Assembly (NCBI GenBank): GCA_019058365.1
Contig: JAHPZE010000009.1
Coordinates: 1 to 64,000, forward strand
Source of the DNA: Promethearchaeota archaeon
Lineage (GTDB): Archaea > Asgardarchaeota > Lokiarchaeia > Sigyniarchaeales > SOKP01
DNA: 64,000 nt
Direction: 5' to 3'
The translations under genes and the position numbers were made by a program. The notes below the pieces were generated by a model. That model saw only the letters and a program-made list of their open reading frames with translations, ran no database searches and had not been told where the DNA came from. This document shows, in pieces, positions 38,736 to 47,769 of the stretch; position 1 is the stretch's first letter, and each line of letters opens with the position of its first letter.

Positions 38736-39234
38736 ACTGTTTCTCAAATTCCCAAATAGAATCTTGGATTGTGTGAAGATTCCTTATAACTTTTCCAGAG
38801 CTTTTTATTTCCATTTCAGGAGCATCAAACATTGCTTTTCCAATAGCTAAAGCTCTACTTTTAGTTTCTTCTATAATCACTACGATATCTCCTTTTTTGA
38901 TATCAGGATCTATTTTGGTAATGCCTGGTCGCATTATATCAGCACCATTAGCAACATGTCGAATAGCTCCAAAATCAACAACTATGGTCTTCAAATCTAC
39001 TTGATTATTCAATAATAATGTTAAGACTGGAATATATCCCTCCTTTGATTTAAAGAGCTTTAACACATTGTTTATTGCGTATAATGTGTCTCCTGCTTCT
39101 GTTTGAATGACTTCTATATTACATTTTTTAGGAAATATTTGATTAACGAACTTTTCATCATATTGCTTTAAGATTTCGTCTTTCAAGGGTTTTAATTCGG
39201 ATTTTCGTATGAAATGTCTTTGTTTTATCTTCAT
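38728..39234 (-). CDS. PUA-domain protein (DUF1947, MCT-1/Tma20 homolog)
   Basis: VVDFGAIRHVANGADIMRPGI and GKVIRNLH..D.IW. Confidence 0.92.
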   Translation of the reverse strand: MKIKQRHFIRKSELKPLKDEILKQYDEKFVNQIFPKKCNIEVIQTEAGDTLYAINNVLKLFKSKEGYIPVLTLLLNNQVDLKTIVVDFGAIRHVANGADIMRPGITKIDPDIKKGDIVVIIEETKSRALAIGKAMFDAPEMEIKSSGKVIRNLHTIQDSIWEFEKQFK

Positions 39235-39311
39235 TAGATAAAAAATAAAATTTAAGAAAATTAAAATTTAGTATTTTATGAGATAAGACATAATTTATTT
39301 TTTGTGTAAGA

Positions 39312-39860
39312 ATGATGAATAAAGTTTACACATCTGCGGTTGTTATTATTCCTCCACAAGAAAGTTGGGCATCAATTCAAGAAATTCGAAAAATTTATGA
39401 CCGAAATGTTAATAGATGGATGCCTCACATAACTTTACTCTATCCATTCAGACCTGAAAATGAATATATGGCACTTGAAAAGAAATTTTCAGAAGTATGT
39501 AAAAAAATTCCCGCATTTGAAGTCACTCTTCAAGATTTTCACTACTTTAACCATGGACATCAAATTTTTACATTATGGCTTAAGCCAAAGCCATTTGATA
39601 AAATTCAAGATTTACAGGCTAAAATTCTTAAACTAATACCAGACTGTAATGATGTAAATAATTTTAAGAATGGCTTTAACTCGCATTTAAGTGTAGGTCA
39701 AATTAAGGGTAAAAATAATCTCTTAGAGATTACTAAAAATTTAGAAGGTAGATGGAAAATAATTAAATTTTTTTTGAGTGAAATTTTTTTTATCTCCCGT
39801 GAACAAAATAAAACTTCAAGATTTGAAATAAAAAAACGAATTCAACTTAGAATAGAATGA
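39312..39860 (+). CDS. 2H phosphoesterase (2'-5' RNA ligase family)
   Basis: PHITLLYPF and HLSVGQ motifs. Confidence 0.88.
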   Translation: MMNKVYTSAVVIIPPQESWASIQEIRKIYDRNVNRWMPHITLLYPFRPENEYMALEKKFSEVCKKIPAFEVTLQDFHYFNHGHQIFTLWLKPKPFDKIQDLQAKILKLIPDCNDVNNFKNGFNSHLSVGQIKGKNNLLEITKNLEGRWKIIKFFLSEIFFISREQNKTSRFEIKKRIQLRIE

Positions 39861-39926
39861 TTAAAATTTTTATATTCGAAACTCATTAATTAATTAATTA
39901 AAAATTGAAAAATTTCAAAAAGATAC

Positions 39927-40517
39927 TTGAGAAAAATCATGACAGATGATAAGAAAGAAGGACAATTAGTGTTTCATGGGCGTACAGAAATGATCTTTAA
40001 GATAATCGTGATCGGAGACCCCGCAGTTGGTAAAACCAGCCTTTTAACAAATTTCTGTGGTGAAAAATTCAATTATGAGTATATACCAACCGTAGGTGTT
40101 AACATCACGAAAGAACCAGTCACAATAAAGAACGATATGGGTAAAGATATAAAAATTAATCTAATGATTTGGGATATAGCTGGTCAGCCTCAATTCTATA
40201 TGTTACATCGGCCATATTTCAACGGTGCTGATGGAATGATGTTAGTTTATGATTTAACTCGCTCAAGCTCTTTCTCAAATATAAATAATTGGTTTTCAAC
40301 CGCAGTTAAATATGGACTTTCGGGAATTCCACGTCTTTTAATTGGTAATAAAATAGATTTGAATGAAGAGCGAAAGATTATATTACCCATGGCAGAGCAT
40401 TTAAGTGAAAAAATTGATGCGCCATTTTTCGAGACTTCGGCATTAACAGGAAAAAATGTTAAATTAATTTTTGAGAAGATGGCTAAACTTACCTTTAGTT
40501 CAAAATTGGAGGAATAA
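39927..40517 (+). CDS. Rab-like small GTPase
   Basis: GDPAVGKTS, PTVG, WDIAGQ, GNKID and ETSA are all intact. Confidence 0.95.
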   Translation: MRKIMTDDKKEGQLVFHGRTEMIFKIIVIGDPAVGKTSLLTNFCGEKFNYEYIPTVGVNITKEPVTIKNDMGKDIKINLMIWDIAGQPQFYMLHRPYFNGADGMMLVYDLTRSSSFSNINNWFSTAVKYGLSGIPRLLIGNKIDLNEERKIILPMAEHLSEKIDAPFFETSALTGKNVKLIFEKMAKLTFSSKLEE

Positions 40518-40806
40518 GTACATTTTTCACAATCTACTTCTATATCATTAGTAATTTTTGTTTTAATCTCATAAACCGTAGGATTTAAATATATAGTAAT
40601 TTAAAATTCATTAACAAATTTGATCGCTATTTGCCTCTTTTCAGAAGAGAGGTTAAAGAGAAGCTATTATTCCATTGATTTCATTTACTTTTTTTATAAT
40701 ACTACTTATCATTAATTCTCTCTAACAGTGTTAATTCGCTTTTAAAAGATGGCTATTATAAAAATGATTCTTAAGGATATATAATTAAATTTTAATTTAT
40801 ATGACG

Positions 40807-41409
40807 TTAGAGTTTATTTATCCAAAATACGATCTTTTCTTTTAATGAATCTTTGATATCATCGGAGAGATCTTCTTGACCAATTAACATCTTTCCAAAT
40901 TGTGAGATTTCATATAGAATTCTATGACCTCCTTTAAAGATAAATATATCTTCTTTTATATTCTCGAGTTGTCCAATAACCACATCAGGTTCCTTAATAT
41001 CATCAATTTCATTCTTTAGAGTATTGAATTGTTCAATAATTGATTCTTTTTTATCAGTTGCAGATGCGTCCCGATCTACTTCTCCACGTTTGTCTTCTTT
41101 TGAGTGAAGTGATATCTCTGATCTTTGAATCAAAGACCTGATTAAATCAAGTTCTGCTTCTAAAATTTTTTGATTTTCAATCACATTCTTAAATTGAGGA
41201 GTTAATGATTTAATATCGAGTGTTGCTTTACTCAACTCATTGATTTTGTCAGTTAGCATATTGATTTTTAAATTCGTTTGTCCCATCTTGGTAATAATAT
41301 CAAGACCAAATTTTTCTAGAATTGAGGCGAATTTATCTATTTTTTCATCCGCTTCTTTAATGAAGGTAATCGCTTCTTTTACATCTATTTTATCTGTATC
41401 TCCCATCAA
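40807..41409 (-). CDS. Hypothetical coiled-coil protein
   Basis: 200 aa with heptad-rich N-half. Confidence 0.7.
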   Translation of the reverse strand: MMGDTDKIDVKEAITFIKEADEKIDKFASILEKFGLDIITKMGQTNLKINMLTDKINELSKATLDIKSLTPQFKNVIENQKILEAELDLIRSLIQRSEISLHSKEDKRGEVDRDASATDKKESIIEQFNTLKNEIDDIKEPDVVIGQLENIKEDIFIFKGGHRILYEISQFGKMLIGQEDLSDDIKDSLKEKIVFWINKL

Positions 41410-41708
41410 TTATCCTCTTTTCGATATTTTATAACGAGATCCATCAATTTGGAAATATATTTTTCATTTAAGAATTATTTTTCATATAAAATTCTTATTT
41501 AAATAATTAAAATGCTCTTATAAAAAATTTCTTACCAAAAAATTACTGTGAAATTCAAGTTTCTCAAAATTCTATTGTTTAGATTTTTCTGCAATAAGTA
41601 CTCCTAAAAACAAAAATTTATGTTCATTTTATTTTTAATAGTAAATATTCAGTTATATTGAAATAAAATAATAATAATAAAAGCCCTAAACCAGCCGTAA
41701 TCCTCAAT

Positions 41709-42578
41709 ATGATCCAGTACATTAACATTCTTACGAAAGACGGTAAATCGTTGTTGTTTAGGAACTATGGTAGTTCTGAAGTTGATAGAGATTTGTTAGC
41801 GGGATTTCTAAGCGCCTTTTCAGGCTTTATGAAAGAAATTAGTCAAAGTGATATTAAAAGTACACAAACTGAGGATTTCAAATATTATTATACAATCATT
41901 GACACTATTATAATTGTGGTATGTACGGACCTCGAGGACGATGATTCGGTCGTGAATTCGAAGATATTAAGCATAAGAACAAAATTTAATGATAAGTATG
42001 GGAAAATTCTTGAGAATGAAAGTTGGGGAGGAAATCGTAGTATTTTTACTGAATTTGAACATGAATTAGATAATATTATTTTAGGTGCTATTAAAGTATC
42101 GATTATAGGATTTGGGGGCGTTGGGAAAACTACATTAACAAAATTAATCTGTGGAAAGAATGTTGACCTTGAATATGTTCCTACAATTACAGCTGATATT
42201 GCTGCTTATGATGGCGATGAATTTGAAAGATCTATAACATTATGGGATTTTGCAGGACAATCCCAATTCAGATCTTTATGGAAAAGTCTTTTACAGGGAA
42301 CTGATATTACATTACTGGTTACAGATTCTACATTTGAGGGGATTAAGAATTCAAAAGAAATAATCCATGATATTTTAGATAAATTTTATCATGATAAATT
42401 AGTCATAGGCATTGCGAACAAACAAGATTTACCAAATAGGCTTACACCAGAATTTTGTGAAAAAATCATCTCCAGCGAAAGCCGTGTTATTAAGACTTAT
42501 GGTATGATTGCGATTGAACCTATGTATCGAGAGAAAATTTTAGCAATTTTGAAAGAAGCTATTAAAAAAATTTCATAA
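41709..42578 (+). CDS. Longin-domain / small GTPase (Arf/Rab-like) fusion
   Basis: N-terminal G..L....DLLAGFLSA..F..E longin signature, then GFGGVGKTT, WDFAGQ and ANKQD. Confidence 0.88.
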   Translation: MIQYINILTKDGKSLLFRNYGSSEVDRDLLAGFLSAFSGFMKEISQSDIKSTQTEDFKYYYTIIDTIIIVVCTDLEDDDSVVNSKILSIRTKFNDKYGKILENESWGGNRSIFTEFEHELDNIILGAIKVSIIGFGGVGKTTLTKLICGKNVDLEYVPTITADIAAYDGDEFERSITLWDFAGQSQFRSLWKSLLQGTDITLLVTDSTFEGIKNSKEIIHDILDKFYHDKLVIGIANKQDLPNRLTPEFCEKIISSESRVIKTYGMIAIEPMYREKILAILKEAIKKIS

Positions 42579-42619
42579 ATTTTTAATATAAATAAAAAAA
42601 TGATTTCAATCTGTTTTAG

Positions 42620-44380
42620 GTGTGTAATTTGATTGATTTTGAAAAAGAGGATATTAAATTCGAACAGAAGGAAGAGGGAATAAAAATTTTAAAATTACCC
42701 GAATTAACGGAAGAAGAAAAGGAAATTGTCGACCCAATTGTTGCTCCTACGTCAGGATTACGAATTCAACTTCTTGACATTAAAATCACAGATGAGAAAG
42801 AAAAATATGTTTTGACCAATAGAAAACTCTTTCTATTTCTTAGAATGTTCAAAGCTATCAGTCGAAAATTTAAAGAAATGAAAAACAGTCAAAATTTAAA
42901 AATTTTAATTTTTACAGATGACCGACCAACTAAAGATCTATTACTACAATATTGTTCTGAAATTTTCGCTTATGATGGATTTGAGATTTATTATCAGAAA
43001 GATAATCCCGGAGAATCAAAGATTTCTTCTCCCTATGGAGCAGCATCAGTTGCTTTATATGAAGATATAAAATTAGTTATTGTCTTAACTGCAAGCCATA
43101 ATGATTTATCTTGGAATGGTATAAAACTATATATTGATTATCCTATCCCAATATCAGGTGATTTACTCAAGGATATTTCAAAAAAAGCACTTAAGGTGAA
43201 AGAAATTTCATTTAAATCAGACTTCATACCTAGATCTCTTGAAGCAGAACAAAAAAATAATGATTATGTAATTAACTTGTTATCAAAAGTAATAGAAATA
43301 AACAATATAAAAGGTAAGAATATAGTTATTTGGCCTTATTTAGGTAAAGCTAGAGGTATTGTAAACCTATTTAAGCAATATGGAGCAAATCTTACTGTTG
43401 TCGATGAAGAGCTTAATCCACCTAATCCTTTAAAAAATATAAAAGAATCAAAACTTCAACAGATAATGACTCAAGCCGACTCAAATATTGCAATTTTATT
43501 AGATGCTGATAGAGATAGAATTGTTTTATATGTTAAAGAGAATGAGAAATATTTTACATATATACCAAATGAAATCTATTCTGCAATGCACAATATTTTA
43601 GCAAAGGAATTTAACAAAAAAATTATAAATGTTAGGACAATCCCTAGTGATTTACGGGGAGATGATTCCAGCTTTATAAATATTTTAACTGGGGTAGGAT
43701 ATAAACATTTAGGTATAATAATGTATTTTCTTCTTGGAATTGAAGTAGACCAGTCAAAAATTGATACTGCAATAATGTATTTTGAAGATGAGAATAAAAA
43801 TTTAATAAAGATTAACAATTCTGCTCCACTTAGACAACAAATTATTCAATTAATGGAAAATAGGCATCTAGAAGAAGAATCTTTTTTAATGGTATATTGG
43901 GAAGAAAGTGGAGGACATACATTAAATATCTTAAACGTTTCAAAAAATAAAAATACAGGGATTTATGACTTTAAAACTGATTTTACAATCATTGCAGACA
44001 AGTATCCTGTTCCAGCACTAGCGTTAATCACCGAACTTATTTGTATGGGACATAATATTTCGGAATCAATTGATTGGTCAATTAAAGGAATAAACCGCAC
44101 TATACCCGCTAATGACGAAGAAAAAATCAAAATTATGAAGCATTTTGAAAAAAATAATGGAAAACGAATTACCATTTATAATAAGGATTATGAAGTTCAA
44201 GCATTATCAGATAATAATGGCATGATTGATATTTATCAATTGAAAAGTAATGACTCAACTCTTTATTTCAGGCCAAGCGGAACAGGTCCAGAGGTTAGAT
44301 TTTATATTTTTGGAAAGGTAGAGACTCACTTAGATGAAATTGAAAGAGTTCAAGAATATGTAAAAGAAAATTATAGTTAA
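42620..44380 (+). CDS. Phosphohexomutase (PGM/PMM family), divergent
   Basis: TSGLR, TASHN, DADRDR, EESGG and RPSGTGP. Confidence 0.88.
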   Translation: MCNLIDFEKEDIKFEQKEEGIKILKLPELTEEEKEIVDPIVAPTSGLRIQLLDIKITDEKEKYVLTNRKLFLFLRMFKAISRKFKEMKNSQNLKILIFTDDRPTKDLLLQYCSEIFAYDGFEIYYQKDNPGESKISSPYGAASVALYEDIKLVIVLTASHNDLSWNGIKLYIDYPIPISGDLLKDISKKALKVKEISFKSDFIPRSLEAEQKNNDYVINLLSKVIEINNIKGKNIVIWPYLGKARGIVNLFKQYGANLTVVDEELNPPNPLKNIKESKLQQIMTQADSNIAILLDADRDRIVLYVKENEKYFTYIPNEIYSAMHNILAKEFNKKIINVRTIPSDLRGDDSSFINILTGVGYKHLGIIMYFLLGIEVDQSKIDTAIMYFEDENKNLIKINNSAPLRQQIIQLMENRHLEEESFLMVYWEESGGHTLNILNVSKNKNTGIYDFKTDFTIIADKYPVPALALITELICMGHNISESIDWSIKGINRTIPANDEEKIKIMKHFEKNNGKRITIYNKDYEVQALSDNNGMIDIYQLKSNDSTLYFRPSGTGPEVRFYIFGKVETHLDEIERVQEYVKENYS

Positions 44381-44506
44381 AATAATTAAAGCTAAATTCT
44401 CTCTAACTCCTTTTTATTCTCAAAGATTTAATTGTAATAAAAAATTTAGACTAATTAATATAAGTACTTTCAAATTTTAAAAATTATAAATGAAATTGAC
44501 GAAAAA

Positions 44507-45766
44507 ATGTTTCAAGAGAAAATTGTTAATGATCAAATTCTCGAGAAGATGTCATTGGAAAATGTCTTCAAAATCTTTAATGATAATGTTTTTCCAATGC
44601 TAAATAACGAAGAACAAGAGTATTGCAATAAACTTCAAGAATTTTGCTTAGATTTACATCCAAAAATCGATAAATCAAAAGATGTCTATGGGCTACTTCC
44701 AGAACTTGGAAAGCATGGTTATATACAACGAATAAATCCATGGAAAGACTTCAAACCCTATGGAATGAAAAAAGAAATATTATTAGGCGCTCATCTCTCG
44801 TTGTTAGACCCTCAATTGGAACTTGCACGATTAGCAACCGGAATATTATGCGGAAATCCTACTTTTCATTATTATGAACATGGAGGAGGTTCTGATATTC
44901 CTTTGAAAGTGCAAGATGAGCTTTTATCTGGACAAAAAATTGGCTGTATAGGTATTACTGAACCTGAGAGAGGTTCTGATGCTGTTAATCTGACAACTAA
45001 ATGTACAAAAACCGATGAGGGCGTTATATTTAACGGAGAGAAAGTTTATACCACCAATGGTGCGGTTGCTGATTATTTTGCATGTTATGGTGTGTATGAT
45101 GAAGGAAATCCAAGAGATACGATGGTACAAGCTATCATTGCCCGTGATTTTGGAGTAAGAACCGAACGATTAAAAATTAATTCGGTACCGCGAGTCCAAA
45201 TTGCACATACTATATTAGATAATGTTTTAGTACCTCGAGATTATGTACTTGCAGATGATGGACTTGGATATAAAAGACTTTTTGAAGGATTAGTTCCTGA
45301 GAGACTATCAATAATGGGAAGTGGAGTAGGAATTTGCTGGGCAGGATTAGTTTATGGTATTATTTATACCAATTTAAGGAAACAATTTGGTAAACCAGTG
45401 ATCAGATATCAAGGTGTCGGATATGGATTGGCAGATTTATTAACAAAAACAAATGCTGCGACCGCTTTAGCTCTACAAGCCGCAACTGTATACGATGAGA
45501 GAATCTTATTTGCAGAAAAACCTTCTAAAGAAGCAGAAAAATGGGTTGCGTCTATTTCTTCTCAGGGTAAATACTATTTAGCAAAACTTACGCATGAAGT
45601 CTGCTATGAAGTTCAACAACATATGGGGGGTATATCAATTACAGATAATACCCCTGTTGATGAATTATCCGATATCAGTAAAATTGAAGAAGTAATTGGC
45701 GGATCAAGAAACATCCAACTTCTTTTAATTCAATCCCAAATTCAGAGATATACTGGATTATTATAA
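44507..45766 (+). CDS. Acyl-CoA dehydrogenase
   Basis: ITEPERGSDA, NGEKVYTTNG, RKQFGKP and GGSRNIQ. Confidence 0.93.
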   Translation: MFQEKIVNDQILEKMSLENVFKIFNDNVFPMLNNEEQEYCNKLQEFCLDLHPKIDKSKDVYGLLPELGKHGYIQRINPWKDFKPYGMKKEILLGAHLSLLDPQLELARLATGILCGNPTFHYYEHGGGSDIPLKVQDELLSGQKIGCIGITEPERGSDAVNLTTKCTKTDEGVIFNGEKVYTTNGAVADYFACYGVYDEGNPRDTMVQAIIARDFGVRTERLKINSVPRVQIAHTILDNVLVPRDYVLADDGLGYKRLFEGLVPERLSIMGSGVGICWAGLVYGIIYTNLRKQFGKPVIRYQGVGYGLADLLTKTNAATALALQAATVYDERILFAEKPSKEAEKWVASISSQGKYYLAKLTHEVCYEVQQHMGGISITDNTPVDELSDISKIEEVIGGSRNIQLLLIQSQIQRYTGLL

Positions 45767-45892
45767 TCCCTTTTTTTATTTTTAAAAATTAAATATTTAT
45801 CAAAATTTTTAAAAGTGTAAAGAGAGAGGTAGTCTAGACGTTAAAACTTATTTTTTGATGTTATTGTTTAAATGGAGTAAATTATACGAAAA

Positions 45893-47083
45893 TTATCTTC
45901 TCATTTTAACGAAATTACCAGATTTCATTAGCTTACAGGGATTAAGATAATTCTTTCCGGTCTTTTCTGCGACATCTTCTAGCAATTTGGACCACTTTTC
46001 GAAATTAAGTTTACCAGCACTAAATGGACCAGGCATATTAGTTCCTTTTAACATAATCTCATCAATAATTTTATAGCCAGAAACGATCCCCTCTTCCAAA
46101 AGCTTACAACCTTCATTTAATTGTATTGCTAAATGAATTTCAGGGTTAAATAAGCCTGCTTTTTTACTTAAATTTACATTTGGTCTCCCGGTCGTCCAAT
46201 CATAAAAGCCTTTTCCTGTCTTTTTTCCAAAATTTCCTTCTGTTATGAGTTTAGTAAGCACTTTACCTGGAGCAAAATCAGGTGAAATATATTTTTCATA
46301 ACTCTTCAGACTATTATAACTAACATCTATTCCAAGATAATCATTTAATTGACATGGACCCATTGCTATTAACTGTCCTGCTCCAGCATCAGCATCAATC
46401 TGTTCCCATGGAATGTCCTTTTCATATGCTTGGTCAAAAATCCAGTTTGAATATATAAGTGAAGGAATTAATAATCTATTCGCAATAAATCCTGGGCTTT
46501 CCTTTTCAATTCGTACTGAAAGTCTGTTTCCTTTAACACAAGGTAATTTTTCACCAATAGCTACACATATATCTAATACTTCATCGGAAGTTCTTTCCCC
46601 CTTCATTATTTCAACACAGCACTGATTAGCAACTGGAGGAAAAAAATGCATTCCAATAACCTGTTCTGGTCTTTTTGACTCTTCCGCAATTTCAGTTATT
46701 CTAAATGTTGATGTATTTGAGGCAAAAATACAATGAGAAAGTGAATTTTGCATTACTAAGTTACACACTTTTTTTTTAATCTCTATTTTCTCCACAACTG
46801 CTTCAAATACAAAATCAGCATCCTTAACTGCAGAAATCAAATCTATAGATTTTGCACAGTTTCTTAAAAGATCGTCAGTAGAGATACCTACTCCCAACTT
46901 TCCCTTATTTTTGATCCTTTCTAAGCCTTCCTCAATTTTTTTGAACCCATTATCTACAATTTCTTCTTTTAAATCAATTAAAATGACATTATAGCCTGCC
47001 ATTAGTGCTACTTGAGCAATCCCATGCCCCATTATTCCTGCTCCGACCACACAAATATTTTTAATTTTGTTAATATCAAGCAT
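45893..47083 (-). CDS. 3-hydroxyacyl-CoA dehydrogenase (duplicated C-domain)
   Basis: GAGIMGHGIA, ASNTS, GMHFF and GKKTGKGFY. Confidence 0.93.
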   Translation of the reverse strand: MLDINKIKNICVVGAGIMGHGIAQVALMAGYNVILIDLKEEIVDNGFKKIEEGLERIKNKGKLGVGISTDDLLRNCAKSIDLISAVKDADFVFEAVVEKIEIKKKVCNLVMQNSLSHCIFASNTSTFRITEIAEESKRPEQVIGMHFFPPVANQCCVEIMKGERTSDEVLDICVAIGEKLPCVKGNRLSVRIEKESPGFIANRLLIPSLIYSNWIFDQAYEKDIPWEQIDADAGAGQLIAMGPCQLNDYLGIDVSYNSLKSYEKYISPDFAPGKVLTKLITEGNFGKKTGKGFYDWTTGRPNVNLSKKAGLFNPEIHLAIQLNEGCKLLEEGIVSGYKIIDEIMLKGTNMPGPFSAGKLNFEKWSKLLEDVAEKTGKNYLNPCKLMKSGNFVKMRR

Positions 47084-47198
47084 TTTTAATCAACAATAGG
47101 AATCTATCTCAATTCTTCGTTTAATTATTAATAGATACTTGTTATATAGAATTTTTTTTTAAAATTTCTTGAAGTGAAAAAAAAGAAAATTATACTGT

Positions 47199-47645
47199 TT
47201 ATTTATCTAAAATTTCCTTTGCTGGAAAAGCTAATCCTGCTACTAGCAGTCCTAATCCAACTATAAAAGTAATCATACTAACGCCATAATAACCTATGTA
47301 TATTTTATATATTATGAATGTTCCCCAAGTTAAAGCTCCTGAAATTAAAAGTGCATACCAAGACCATTTTTCACCAATTTTATAACTCTTATTGTTTATG
47401 AAAAGAACTAATACTCCATTAGCTAATAACACAAATCCAATCAATTTCTTTGTTATTATATAGATCTCCGCGTAGGTGGGGTTACTAGCTAAGTAACTCG
47501 CATAGGTCTCATTTGTGTACCACAAAAAATCGCTCACAAACATAATTTCGGTTACGAATATCCACAAAACGCCCATAATTAGGATATAAAATCCCATAAA
47601 ATTCATTAAAAAATGTCCAATTTTAAGGTTTTCCATAAATTTCAC
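47199..47645 (-). CDS. Hypothetical 4-TM membrane protein
   Basis: Four hydrophobic helices; GEKWSWY. Confidence 0.7.
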   Translation of the reverse strand: MKFMENLKIGHFLMNFMGFYILIMGVLWIFVTEIMFVSDFLWYTNETYASYLASNPTYAEIYIITKKLIGFVLLANGVLVLFINNKSYKIGEKWSWYALLISGALTWGTFIIYKIYIGYYGVSMITFIVGLGLLVAGLAFPAKEILDK

Positions 47646-47769
47646 TTGAATTGCTTATGTAGTTTTGTTATTTCTAAAAGAATATAAATTTATTTCAGAT
47701 TTATATAACTGTATTAGTGAATGCTTCTTCTAATGGTTAAAAAAAGAAAAGAGAATTTTATAAGTGAAA

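Noticed and set aside
40632-40653. Short hairpin between convergent genes
   Set aside because: Only a ~9-bp stem with a tiny loop; at most a terminator and not distinguishable from chance.
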